64,000 nucleotides of DNA from positions 32,001 to 96,000 of IMG/VR virus record IMGVR_UViG_3300025889_000075; one strand, written 5' to 3'. The translations under genes and the position numbers were made by a program. The stretch is from a virus. Position 1 is the stretch's first letter. Each line of letters starts with the position of its first letter. The notes beneath the pieces are model-generated. The model was given only the letters and a program-made list of their open reading frames with translations, did no database searches and was not told the DNA's origin. Below are positions 8,686 to 19,600 of the stretch, piece after piece.

Positions 8686-10133
8686 CAAATAAAGTTGACA
8701 ATTTTACAAAACGAGTAACATCGCTTGGCTTGGGTGTTGAAGTCAGCGAAGGAATTCCCCGCGAAGGATTCGCTGATCCAACTGGCGAATTTCCAAGTCG
8801 CGATTATTTCTTTGGATCATCAATTAACAAAGCAGCGCGTGGCGAAAAAGTAAACAAACTCTATAACGGTGGTGGTGATCATGGTGTTAATATAGACCTT
8901 GCTGATCAGAAACCTTCAGAGTATCCATACAATCAAATAACAGAAACACAATCAGGTCATTCGATTGAGATTGATGATACTCCTGGTGGCGAACGTATTT
9001 TAATTAAACATAAAAGCGGATCAGGTGTTGAGTTTCGTTCAGACGGTAGCGTCTTATTCTCATCGACAAATAAGAAAGTTGAAATCGTCGGTGGTGATAA
9101 TGCTGTTATTATCGAAGGTCAAGCAGATTTAGTTTACAACGGTAATCTTAATTTAAAGGTTACGGGCGATTATAATCTAGACGTTGGTGGTAATATTAAT
9201 GTAACAACTGCAGGAAATAAAACTGAAAAGATTCTGCATAACCACACAGTAGAAGTTGTTGAGAATCAAAATACAACAGTCAAAGGCGACCGTGGTGCTA
9301 AGGTTATTGGTGTCAATACGGAAACTATTCTGAGTGATAATAACATATTAGTCAAAGGAACGCAAAAGAATTATGTTGAAGGCGATGTCGAACTTACGAG
9401 CGGAAACAAATTAGTAACAACTGCTGGTCTTGAATGGGCAGCAAGTTCTTTAACAACAAACATCTCTGGTTTGACTGTTAGCGTTATGGGTCAAACTGGA
9501 ACAATCGGCGGCGAGTTTATAGATCATTATGGTAAAGCGTATTCTGGTCCTCCTGGCGGATCTGGATTAGGTGGTACAACTTTCTATGGTACATTCATAG
9601 GTAAAGCGACTGAAGCGATCACTTCAGACTTTGCTAATAAAGCGGGTGAAGCGTCTTGGGCGAAATCTGCTCCTGCAGAAGCAGGAACTGCAGATGGTGC
9701 TACTAAGACAAGAAGTCCCAGATACTATCCAACGAAAATGCCTTACGTTACTATACCAACAACAGCGCCAATGCCCGTTTCTCCAATTATTGCTGCGCAT
9801 TTATCAACAAGCAATTATGGTATACGAAACGTTGAAGTTGATAAAGGTGACAAACTGAAACTCGAGTTGTTGAAGACCGATGACTATGCTGATCTATTCA
9901 ATTATGACCCTTCGATACATGAGATTCGTTCTAAGATGAGGGATCCAGCGAATAGAAACAACTCAACGTTTACAGGTTATTTGGTTGCTGAAGGCAAATT
10001 GTCATCTAAGTATCGAGACGCTCGTCCTAAGAAAGTTGGTCGTGCGATCAGCGGTAAGAACAATATTCGTTTCGGTAATACAGTTCTTGGTAATAATCCC
10101 GCCGAGAATAGAAGTAAGAGGTTTAAAGTATGA
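8682..10133 (+). CDS. gp5: gp5 C-terminal part (beta-helix spike)
   Basis: DPTGEFP, YPYNQITETQSGH.IEIDDTPGGERI...HKSG, then VxG(D/N) beta-helix repeats. Confidence 0.85.
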   Translation: MTNKVDNFTKRVTSLGLGVEVSEGIPREGFADPTGEFPSRDYFFGSSINKAARGEKVNKLYNGGGDHGVNIDLADQKPSEYPYNQITETQSGHSIEIDDTPGGERILIKHKSGSGVEFRSDGSVLFSSTNKKVEIVGGDNAVIIEGQADLVYNGNLNLKVTGDYNLDVGGNINVTTAGNKTEKILHNHTVEVVENQNTTVKGDRGAKVIGVNTETILSDNNILVKGTQKNYVEGDVELTSGNKLVTTAGLEWAASSLTTNISGLTVSVMGQTGTIGGEFIDHYGKAYSGPPGGSGLGGTTFYGTFIGKATEAITSDFANKAGEASWAKSAPAEAGTADGATKTRSPRYYPTKMPYVTIPTTAPMPVSPIIAAHLSTSNYGIRNVEVDKGDKLKLELLKTDDYADLFNYDPSIHEIRSKMRDPANRNNSTFTGYLVAEGKLSSKYRDARPKKVGRAISGKNNIRFGNTVLGNNPAENRSKRFKV

Positions 10134-10714
10134 TTTATATTGTTGACCCTATTTACAATCCGAACTTTCAAAGTTCGATTAGTTCAGCGACTAAACTCGG
10201 TCCGGGAATTACCTGTGCTAAATTTCTTGGTGCTGCAGGTTCACGTGTGCAGTTTGAACAACTAGATGTTGATCGTAAACTGGTTGCTCGTCAGTTATAC
10301 TTACAAGCAGAAGCAATTCGAGCGGTTCATAATAACCCAGACTTCAATGATAATCGTTTGATTGTTGCCGAGGGAGTTTATAAACCAGCAATTAATGAAA
10401 GCGTAACCTCTGGTTCTATTAATGATTATAAAAAAACTGGAAGAGCAATCGTCTATCAGTTAATGAATACGGCAGGTGAAATTGATATCGAAAAATCATT
10501 TGACCTAGCAGTTTATTGGAAAGACTATGTTGATTTCGATGAATTGATTCTTGATTATGACACCTACGATCCATCAGGCAAACTTAGTTGTCAATTGGTT
10601 TTGACCATGCCTGTCGCCAACGAAACATTTGATATCTCATTTCAAAGAAAAATTAAAACTGAAATGAATGGAACACTTTTATCATTAAACGAGTTAATCG
10701 AAGTCCTTGAATAG
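10130..10714 (+). CDS. Hypothetical protein, possibly a degenerate peptidase M15 fold
   Basis: IVAEGVY...KTGRAI...FDELILDY resembles M15 ITSGYR/SxHxxGxAxD/FDQLILEY without the metal ligands. Confidence 0.45.
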   Translation: MIYIVDPIYNPNFQSSISSATKLGPGITCAKFLGAAGSRVQFEQLDVDRKLVARQLYLQAEAIRAVHNNPDFNDNRLIVAEGVYKPAINESVTSGSINDYKKTGRAIVYQLMNTAGEIDIEKSFDLAVYWKDYVDFDELILDYDTYDPSGKLSCQLVLTMPVANETFDISFQRKIKTEMNGTLLSLNELIEVLE

Positions 10715-10715
10715 T

Positions 10716-10723
10716 TATAAATA
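10716..10723 (+). promoter_or_regulatory. T4-type late promoter TATAAATA
   Basis: Exact consensus, intergenic, upstream of gp25. Confidence 0.85.
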
Positions 10724-10752
10724 ACAAATATCACGTTTAAACGGCAATCTAG

Positions 10753-11193
10753 ATGGCAACGAAAATATTCTCTCAAGAAGACGGTAATCTTGATGCAGCG
10801 TCAATCGTTGTAACTAGAGACATGATCTATAAGGATATAGATCTAAGTTTTAACAAGAGAACGACTGGCGACATCTATAAGAAGACTGAAGCAGCTGCTG
10901 TCAAACAAGCGATCAAAACGTTGATTTCTACTAATCGTTTTGATAAACCGTTTAATCCAGATTTTGGTGCTGATATTAGATCAATGCTTTTTGAGTTGGC
11001 AAACGAAAATTCTGGCACCGAAATCATAACGAGGATTAAAAACGCCATTCAAAAATATGAACCAAGAGCAGCGGCACAAGAAATTTCTGTTAAGGTATCT
11101 AATTATAATTCTATAGACGTTTCGATAATATTTCAGATATTGAATACAGACCAAATAATTACATATGAAACAACGGTTTCGAGGTTAGTTTAA
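10753..11193 (+). CDS. gp25: Baseplate wedge subunit
   Basis: YKDIDLSF, AVKQAIKTL..TN..DKPFNPDFG, I..YEPR. Confidence 0.93.
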   Translation: MATKIFSQEDGNLDAASIVVTRDMIYKDIDLSFNKRTTGDIYKKTEAAAVKQAIKTLISTNRFDKPFNPDFGADIRSMLFELANENSGTEIITRIKNAIQKYEPRAAAQEISVKVSNYNSIDVSIIFQILNTDQIITYETTVSRLV

Positions 11194-13073
11194 TGGCAAC
11201 GACAATTAAATCTACTGGATTAGATTTCGAATCAATCAAAAGTAATCTTAAAACATTTCTTGCTAGTAAAGAAGAATTTACCGATTACAATTTTGAAGCG
11301 TCTGGATTGTCTAACATCTTAGATGTTTTAGCATATAATACGCATTATAATGCATTAACAGCAAACTATGCGCTTAACGAATCATTTATCGGAACAGCAC
11401 AACTTCGAAGTTCTTTAGTTTCTTTATCTGAGGGGATTGGTTATATTCCTGATTCTAGAAAATCCGCCGTATCTAAAGTAAAATTAAATGTAAACCTTTC
11501 TGGGCAATCTAATCTACCGGCAAAACTTACAATTGCTTCTGGGTTTGTTTTTAATAGTATTATTGACGGTATCACATATAAATTTCAAACAGTAGCGCCT
11601 TTATCTGCAGTAAACAACGGAGCAGATATTTTCTTTTTCAAAACCGCTGATGGTATTGAAAACATAGATTTGAAAGAAGGCGTTGCCAAAACCAAAACGT
11701 TCATTGCCGGACCAGCAACGGAAAATGATGTGTATATTATTCCGGATAAAACATTAGATTTAACAACAGCAATTGTTAAAGTTTATGAAACCTCAGCGTC
11801 AACAACGTTTACTACCTATGAAAGTATTTTAACAGCAAGCGCGATTACAAGCGCGTCAACTCTTTATGTTTTAAAAGAATCGCCAAACGGATATTTTGAA
11901 TTAACTTTCGGAAACGGCACAACGTTAGGTAAGTCTCCGGTTGCTGGAAACAAAATTGTTGTCGAATATCTTTCCTCTTCTGGAGCAGATGCTAATAACG
12001 CTGATGTTTTTACTCCAGTAAATCAGTTTTCTTTCTCTAACAATTTGGGTTCAACGGTTAATGTTGACTTTAATGTTACTACTGTTAATAACTCTTCTGG
12101 TGGAACAGAGAAAGAATCAATAGAATCTATTAGGAAAAATGCACCGTTTCAATATGCAGCACAAAATAGAATGGTGACTGCTGCAGATTATTCATCATTA
12201 ATTTTAAGAAACTTTTCTAATTACATTAATGACATTAAAACTTGGGGTGGAGAAGATCACGACATCCCTGAGTTTGGTTCAGTTTATGTTTCTATTGATT
12301 TTATTTCTGGACTAGAAGCAGAAACAATTGCTTCAATTAAAAGAGATATTGTAGAACTCGCTGATCAATTATCAATAATTTCTTTCAAATTGAAATTCAA
12401 AGATCCTGTTAAGACTTACGTTAGTACAGACCTTGTATTCCAATTTAATCCTTCTTTGTCTACGCTTTCTTTAAACACAATTCAAGATAATGTCAGAACA
12501 ACAGTAGGAAATTATTTTGCAAACAGCGTAGGTAAATTTGAACAATCGTTCAGAAGATCAAATCTTTTAACGCTGGTTGATGCAGTAAGTCCTGCTGTTC
12601 TTTCTTCGCGTTCTGATGTTAAAATGCATCAAAGACTTATTCCACAAGTAATTACAACAAACGATGATAATACAACCACTACAACTTCTAAACTTGGAGT
12701 TGCTACTGATTACATAGTTCGTTATCCTGTTAATATTGATGCACCGGACGATGTTAACAACAAAATCACCTCATCAACTTTCACATATTTAAATAGAAGT
12801 TGTATATTAAGAAATAGATTAAGAACTAATATCATTGAGATTATAGATCTTTCAACGAACAAACCAATAATTGATAATATTGGATCTTACAACGTGGACG
12901 GGACATTAACCTTAATTGGATTTGCTCCCGAATCGATTGCTGGTGGTGTATCATTTATTAAGATATTTGCAGTTCCTGCTAATCAATCTGCTATTTCTCC
13001 GGTTCGTGACAGTATTTTACAATACGATGAACAAGAATCCTCGTTTAGAGGTAATGTTGTGAGTTCAACATAA
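11193..13073 (+). CDS. gp6: Baseplate wedge subunit
   Basis: LDFESIKSNLK.FL, FTDYNFEASGL..ILDVLAYNTHY, ESIESIRKNAP, QNRMVTAADY. Confidence 0.95.
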   Translation: MATTIKSTGLDFESIKSNLKTFLASKEEFTDYNFEASGLSNILDVLAYNTHYNALTANYALNESFIGTAQLRSSLVSLSEGIGYIPDSRKSAVSKVKLNVNLSGQSNLPAKLTIASGFVFNSIIDGITYKFQTVAPLSAVNNGADIFFFKTADGIENIDLKEGVAKTKTFIAGPATENDVYIIPDKTLDLTTAIVKVYETSASTTFTTYESILTASAITSASTLYVLKESPNGYFELTFGNGTTLGKSPVAGNKIVVEYLSSSGADANNADVFTPVNQFSFSNNLGSTVNVDFNVTTVNNSSGGTEKESIESIRKNAPFQYAAQNRMVTAADYSSLILRNFSNYINDIKTWGGEDHDIPEFGSVYVSIDFISGLEAETIASIKRDIVELADQLSIISFKLKFKDPVKTYVSTDLVFQFNPSLSTLSLNTIQDNVRTTVGNYFANSVGKFEQSFRRSNLLTLVDAVSPAVLSSRSDVKMHQRLIPQVITTNDDNTTTTTSKLGVATDYIVRYPVNIDAPDDVNNKITSSTFTYLNRSCILRNRLRTNIIEIIDLSTNKPIIDNIGSYNVDGTLTLIGFAPESIAGGVSFIKIFAVPANQSAISPVRDSILQYDEQESSFRGNVVSST

Positions 13074-13074
13074 T

Positions 13075-14163
13075 ATGGCTCATAAAAATATACCAGACGT
13101 AAATAGAAGAGAACTTATATTTCGAGATCGTAGAATCTCAGAAATTCTTCCTGACTATTTTCCGAGCACGTATCCAAAACTAACTGCTCTGTTTGAGTAT
13201 TACTATGAGTTTCTTTTAGAAAACAACGCGTCGACGCAATTACTTGACCATTTGTATCAAACTCGTGATATTACTACGCTCGATGATACGCTTCTAACCT
13301 TCCTTGAAGACGAACTACTTTTAGGTCAAGCATACTTCGAAGGGTTTCAAGATAAAAGATCAGCTGCTAAATTTTCTAATACCCTGTATAGATCGAAAGG
13401 AAGTAAATATTCTATTCAACAATTCTTTAGAATGTTCTTTGGAATCGATCCTGAGATTCGTTATACAAAAGAAGATGTATTCACTCTTGGAAGTTCAAAG
13501 ATTGGTCCCAACGACGGTAAATTTTTAACTGATGACGAATTATATCAGACCTATGCAATCTTAGTTAAAACAGGATTGCCAATTTCAAAATGGAAAGATA
13601 TTTACAAATTGTTTGTACACCCTGCAGGATTTTATCTTGGTGCTCAAGTTTCTATTCTTGGTGAAGGGTTTTTTGGTAATCAAACACCACCGATAGGTCT
13701 GAAACAAATGCCGGATCCTGGGACTGCAGAGGTTCCAATTCCTATTTACGAAGGTTTGGCAGATCTCGGCATGATGTCCGCTACTTCGTTTATTGGTGAT
13801 AATTCTTACGCTGAAATAGATTCTACATATACTAATGGTATTGGCGCTATTCGTTATGATATTAATCGTTCAAGTATTAGAACGTTTGGTAGTAGTACAT
13901 TATATTTGCTAGACAAATCATATCCTTCATTGCTTAAAATGATTGATGGTTATGTTATTGCTGATACTACAAGTATATCTTATCCTGGCGTAACGCATGG
14001 ATTCGACGCTACTGCAGATAGTGCTTGGCAAATATCTTATCCAACCTTTGATAATGATTCTGCTTCTAGTAATGAGCAATTCGGAGGAAGGTTCGACTTC
14101 TCTCTTGACTCAGGGTTGGGATTGTTTGGTAAAGAAAGTTTAGTTCTTTTCAGTGACAACTAA
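13075..14163 (+). CDS. gp7: Baseplate wedge initiator (short gp7-like)
   Basis: LYRSKGSKYSIQQFFRMFFG, YQTYAI, KLFVHPAGF; follows gp6. Confidence 0.7.
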   Translation: MAHKNIPDVNRRELIFRDRRISEILPDYFPSTYPKLTALFEYYYEFLLENNASTQLLDHLYQTRDITTLDDTLLTFLEDELLLGQAYFEGFQDKRSAAKFSNTLYRSKGSKYSIQQFFRMFFGIDPEIRYTKEDVFTLGSSKIGPNDGKFLTDDELYQTYAILVKTGLPISKWKDIYKLFVHPAGFYLGAQVSILGEGFFGNQTPPIGLKQMPDPGTAEVPIPIYEGLADLGMMSATSFIGDNSYAEIDSTYTNGIGAIRYDINRSSIRTFGSSTLYLLDKSYPSLLKMIDGYVIADTTSISYPGVTHGFDATADSAWQISYPTFDNDSASSNEQFGGRFDFSLDSGLGLFGKESLVLFSDN

Positions 14164-14171
14164 TATAAATA
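14164..14171 (+). promoter_or_regulatory. T4-type late promoter TATAAATA
   Basis: Exact consensus, intergenic. Confidence 0.85.
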
Positions 14172-14196
14172 AACAAGTATTAAATTGGGATAAAAA

Positions 14197-15195
14197 ATGA
14201 CCAGACAGATTATTAACACAGGTTCTTCCGCCAATGATGGAACAGGAGATACGCTGAGATCTGGTGCGAATAAGATCAATGCGAATTTCCAAGAAATTTA
14301 TGAGAAATTCGGAACCGCCGATGTATTATCTTCACGAGTAGAATTCGACAGTGATGAGATTCTAATACAAGGGGTATCTGGTTATAAGATTTCAATTGGC
14401 GTTCAGAACCCATCAACTAATTCGTTTACGGTAGTTCCTTATGACGCTGGAACAAATTTCTTTGTATTAGATTCTGCTACTCAGACTCTTAAGAATAAGA
14501 CGCTAGATTCTGCGACATTATTAACGCCTCTCATTGGTGATTTATCTGAAGATCATTTCTACAAGGTAAGAGGTTCAGAACTAGCAGCAGACAGAACGAT
14601 TACTTTGCCTTTGTTAACTGGAGATGATACTGTAGTTACTGAGGCGCATACTCAAACTCTGACTAATAAAACATTAGATTCTGCAGAATTAAATAATCCA
14701 AGCATTGAAGGATTTATTTTAAACGATGCTGGTAAGAATATGCTCTACCTTGATAACCAAGGTGGAACGATCGTTAATTACCTTTCAATTGGTAATGCGG
14801 TAACAGGTAACGATGTAGATATTATTCCTGCAGGAACTGATACTAATATTAATTTAAGATTGCGAGGTAAAGGCGATAAAGCAGTATTGTTTGGTCAGAA
14901 AGTTGCTTATGATGTTGATGCCAAAACAACCAGCGGCACTACTTACAGCGATAAACCATTAACAACACAAACGGTTAACAGCGGTGTATCAACTGGAACT
15001 TTACCGAACGGTACAATCGAAGGACAACAAAAATTCATCAGCAATAGAGGAAACTATAGAATCACGGTTTCGGGATCATTTAACGAAGGAACAAACCTAT
15101 TATTAGATTCTGCTATTGCTCATTTAATGTGGGACAATACATCAAGCGAATGGCGTTTGGTTAATAACGGACATCCAAATATTTCATTCAGTTAA
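14197..15195 (+). CDS. gp9: Baseplate wedge/tail-fibre connector (gp9/gp10 N-terminal motif)
   Basis: INTGSSANDGTGDTLRSGANKINANFQEIY; two QTL.NKTLDSA repeats. Confidence 0.7.
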   Translation: MTRQIINTGSSANDGTGDTLRSGANKINANFQEIYEKFGTADVLSSRVEFDSDEILIQGVSGYKISIGVQNPSTNSFTVVPYDAGTNFFVLDSATQTLKNKTLDSATLLTPLIGDLSEDHFYKVRGSELAADRTITLPLLTGDDTVVTEAHTQTLTNKTLDSAELNNPSIEGFILNDAGKNMLYLDNQGGTIVNYLSIGNAVTGNDVDIIPAGTDTNINLRLRGKGDKAVLFGQKVAYDVDAKTTSGTTYSDKPLTTQTVNSGVSTGTLPNGTIEGQQKFISNRGNYRITVSGSFNEGTNLLLDSAIAHLMWDNTSSEWRLVNNGHPNISFS

Positions 15196-15224
15196 TTTGA
15201 CAGGATCAACGGAGAGAAGAACTA

Positions 15225-16610
15225 ATGACTGCAATTGTCACAAATACATTTAAACAGTTTATGCTGGATAAGATAAAGGCAGACTTCGAAGATTCTGCTA
15301 CAAACGCATATTACATGTGTATTGGTAGGTCTGAAGATTGGAACGCTCAAGACGCTGCTCCTTCATATGACATTAATGATGCTTTGTCATCTATTAGAAA
15401 TTCTAGAAATACTCGTTTAGCACTACAATCAGCAAAAGCAATTACAAACTTATCTTATGTTATTCCAAGATATGATTGGGTGGCAAATACAACTTATCCT
15501 TCTTATGATGATTCAATTGCGAATGTTCCAACGAACGGGTATTATGTTCTTACAGACGAAAACAACGTTTATATCTGTTTGCAACAGGGTAAAGATGGTG
15601 GTGGTGCTGCAGTTAGATCTACAATTAAACCAACGGGAACCACAACTAATCCACTTACTACTGCAGATGGTTATGTTTGGAAATTTATGTATAACATTAG
15701 CACAGGTGATGCTAACAAATATGTTTCAACTAATTTTATTCCCGTTTCTTTCGTTGACTCTGCCGTCTCTTATGTACAAGCAACAGAACAACAACAAAAA
15801 GGAATACAAGATAACGCATTAGCAATTCATCCAAAATCTATTGTAGGGTATGAGATTATTAACAACGGCGCAGGAACATATCCTGCAAGTACAACGCAAA
15901 CAGTTACTATTGTAGGAAACGGTTCTGGCGCACAGGCAACAGCAACAATAGACGCCAACGGAAATATAATTAAAGTCACTGTTGACGATAGTTCTGACGG
16001 AGACAAAAACTTCGGTAAAAATTATGATTATGCTAAAGCAACTGTTGGTGGCGGTGGTTCTGGATCTATTCGTCCAATATTCTCTCCTCTAAAAGGAATT
16101 GGTGGCGATCCAACAGTAGATCTTCGTGCTAATTCTATAATGTTCAACGTTAAAATGGAAGGTAACGAAACTAATACTATCTTAGCATCTAATGATTTTA
16201 GGCAAGTATCTTTGATTAGAAATCCTAAAACTCCTGCTGGCGCTGCTTTCTCAACAACAACTGGTTTGTTCTTGAAGAAGTTAGTATATTCGAATCTTTC
16301 CGGTGGTACTTTTTCGGAAGACGACATTGTAACAGGAGCAACTTCTGGTGCTAAGGGTTTTGTTGATTATAAAGGCGAAACAAATAAACTTTGGTATCAT
16401 CAAAACGATTCTACCGGATATACACCGTTTCAGGGTTCAGAAACTATTTCTAATGGTTCTGGTGTAACTGCTATTCTTCTTGGTTCTAATTTTGATTCTG
16501 CTGCTGACATAGATAAGTTTAGTGGCGATTTGCTGTATACTGATAACCGAGCAGCAATAGACAGAAACGCAGCACAAACTGAAGATCTTAAGATAGTAAT
16601 TAGATTCTAG
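15225..16610 (+). CDS. gp8: Baseplate wedge subunit
   Basis: YMCIGRSEDW, VIPRYDW, YYVLTDENNVYICL, DGYVWKFMY, DFRQVSLIRNP, QTEDLKIVIRF. Confidence 0.92.
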   Translation: MTAIVTNTFKQFMLDKIKADFEDSATNAYYMCIGRSEDWNAQDAAPSYDINDALSSIRNSRNTRLALQSAKAITNLSYVIPRYDWVANTTYPSYDDSIANVPTNGYYVLTDENNVYICLQQGKDGGGAAVRSTIKPTGTTTNPLTTADGYVWKFMYNISTGDANKYVSTNFIPVSFVDSAVSYVQATEQQQKGIQDNALAIHPKSIVGYEIINNGAGTYPASTTQTVTIVGNGSGAQATATIDANGNIIKVTVDDSSDGDKNFGKNYDYAKATVGGGGSGSIRPIFSPLKGIGGDPTVDLRANSIMFNVKMEGNETNTILASNDFRQVSLIRNPKTPAGAAFSTTTGLFLKKLVYSNLSGGTFSEDDIVTGATSGAKGFVDYKGETNKLWYHQNDSTGYTPFQGSETISNGSGVTAILLGSNFDSAADIDKFSGDLLYTDNRAAIDRNAAQTEDLKIVIRF

Positions 16611-16619
16611 GGATAAACT

Positions 16620-19600
16620 ATGCCTACAAATTATAATAAGAATTCCTTTTCATCAACCTACAAGGACGATTGGGCAAAGGAACGAGGTTATCATAAAGTT
16701 CTCTTTCATGGAGGTAGGGCACTCCAAGCAAGAGAACTTAATCAGATGCAATCCATTATTCAAGCAGAGATTGCTCGCCTTGGATCTAATTTATTCAAAG
16801 ACGGCGCTTTGGTTAATCCTGGTGGCGCTTCAATTAATAACGCTTACGAATATGTAAGATTAAATTCAGCTGGTGGTCAACCAACAGTATCACACATTGG
16901 AAAAACTTTAACGGGCGCAACGAGCGGTGTTAAGGCAACAGTTGTTCAATATGTTGCTCCACTTCCTGGCGGTAATGATCCAGCAACCTTTTATGTACAA
17001 TATACCGATGACGGCAATCAAACAGATACCTACAAAGCAATTCGTTTTACTGAAGGTGAAGTATTAACATCATCTGGTGGCGCTGGTTCAGTTACGGTAG
17101 AAAGTGCTGGCACAGATCCAAGGATTTATCCAGTTGGACCTGGTTGCTCTATTACGACAACAGAAGGTGATTTCTTTATCTCTGGTCATTTTGTTAATGT
17201 TCCTGGTCAGCAATTAATCCTTTCCAAGTATAGTCCAGCATTTACTGGTGAAGTTGGTTTCCGTTTAGTACAAGACATTGTTACAACATCTGACACAACA
17301 GCGTTGTATGATAATCAGGGTGGATCACCAAACCTTTCTTCTCCTGGGGCAGATCGTTATAGAATTCGATTGATTTTAACTAAGAAAGAACATGTAACTT
17401 CTACACAAACGTATGTACATCTCTGCAGTGTTCAAAACGGTCAAATTACTAAAATTGGAACTGGAACAGATTATCATAAGATCAATGACCTTTTAGCGAA
17501 AAGAACTTATGAAGAATCTGGAGACTATACAGTAAAACCATTTAAGATTAATTTTGAATATGTTGACTCAGCAATTACTGATGCATATTCTCTTAACGTT
17601 TCTCCAGGTGTTGCTTATGTTCGTGGTTATAGAGCAGAATCTCCTGGAAACGTAAAACTTTGGATTCCAAAACCAACGACGACTGAAACTGTTACAGACG
17701 AATATGTTCCTCTTTCTTATAGACAATATGTCTTAGTTAATGGAACAGCAGCTGACGGTAATCGTGGGTTACCGAGTTTGTATAGCACAGTCAATTTATA
17801 TGCTGGCGCTGGTGGAACATCTACAGTAATTGGGACTGCAGCAATCAGACAAATTGAAGCGGATGGTGATAATTATCGTTTGCATTTAATTAATTTATCT
17901 GGCGCGAGTTTAACTTCTGGAACTGGTTTCCGTGATGTTCTTAGTGTTGGTACTGGTACAACTGATTACTTTAATGTTGTACAAACAAATAGCGAATCTA
18001 AGATCATCGGCGATAATTATCGTCAATTTGTGTTCCCTCTTCCAAGACAAAGACCTTCAAGTTTTGGTACAGGCAATTCAGGAAACACTGATATTGTTTT
18101 TACAACACAAAGATTATTCTCCGGAACATCAAACGGTTCTGGACAATTGACAGTATCTGTTTCTGCTACTGGTGAATCTTTAACTGATACAACAAGTTGG
18201 ATTGTTTCTAGTGCTGATTCTGCAGTTAGGTCTTATTCTGTTTCAGGAACAAGCACCTCACAAACATTAACCGGATTGCTTCCAACAACAGCGTATGAAG
18301 TTTTGGCATATGTTCAAAAAGGAAATGGATTACAAAAAGATAAGACATTAACTTCTACCACTTCTACTGGAACTATCGCTGCGGATTCAGATCATTATCT
18401 TGGTCAACCAGACGTCTTTGATATTACTTCTATCAAGGACAGCGCAAACGGCGTTGACATTTCTAACAACTTCGTTTTAAATCGTCAGATCTTCGACGCC
18501 TATTACGGTGAAAGTCGTTTAGATAATTTGACCGGATATGCTGGTCCAGTTTATGCTGCGTTCAGATATTTCGCTCGTGGTGGTTCTGGAGACTTCTATT
18601 CAGTCAACTCTTACTCAGGAATCGATTACGGTAAAATCCCGTTCCATAAATTCAGACATATGCCTGATATGAACGCAAGAGATTTTATCGATTTCCGTCC
18701 AGACTATGTTAATGGATCTTACTCTAATACATTTGATCCACCGAAACAAGGAACAAATATTCTTTCTCCAGTAAGTTATTATCTGCCACGCGCTGATAAA
18801 CTTGTACTTGGTACTGATGGTATTCTTCAATATATTCGTGGTATTCCTGCTAAGGTGCCGTCATTTAAAAAGACGCCAGATGAATCTTTAGAACTTTATA
18901 AGATCATCATGAATGGTAATACCGTAAGCACGAAGGACATGAAAGTTACTCCAATCGAGCATAAGCATTATACCATGAAGGATATTAATGCGATTGAAAA
19001 GAAACTCGATCGTTTGGAAGAAGTTGTTTCTTTAAGTCTTCTTGAAGTTGAAACTAAAAACTTAAACATTCTTGATGGTTCAGGTAATGTTCGTACTAAG
19101 TCAGGTTTCTTTGTAGATAACTTTAGCGATCATGCATTATCTGATACTCGTTCACCAGAATACAGAGCAGCAATTGATCCGATTTCTAAACTTGTACGTC
19201 CTTCATTTAATCGTGAAAATATTCGTTTAATTAAAAACTCAGGACAATCTCGCGGAATTAAGTTTATTGGCGACGTTGCTATTTTGGATTATAACCAGAT
19301 TCTTTGGAACGAAGGTTCTAATGAAATAGCGTCACAATCTGAACCAGTTAATCCATTTATTGTTCCAAATTTCACAGGACAATTAACATTATCTCCTGCT
19401 TCTGATGATTGGAAAGTAACCGAGTTTGAACCAGACAAAGTTATCGATGGTGGTACAAGACTTGATCAAGTTGAAGCAACGGTTTGGAACGAAGAAGAAT
19501 GGGGATGGGCAGGTACTCCAGTTGATGAGTATGATGTTGGTGCTGAACTTTCTCGCACCACAACAGGGACTTCAGTTGGTGATCCAGCTGTAATTGCTGA

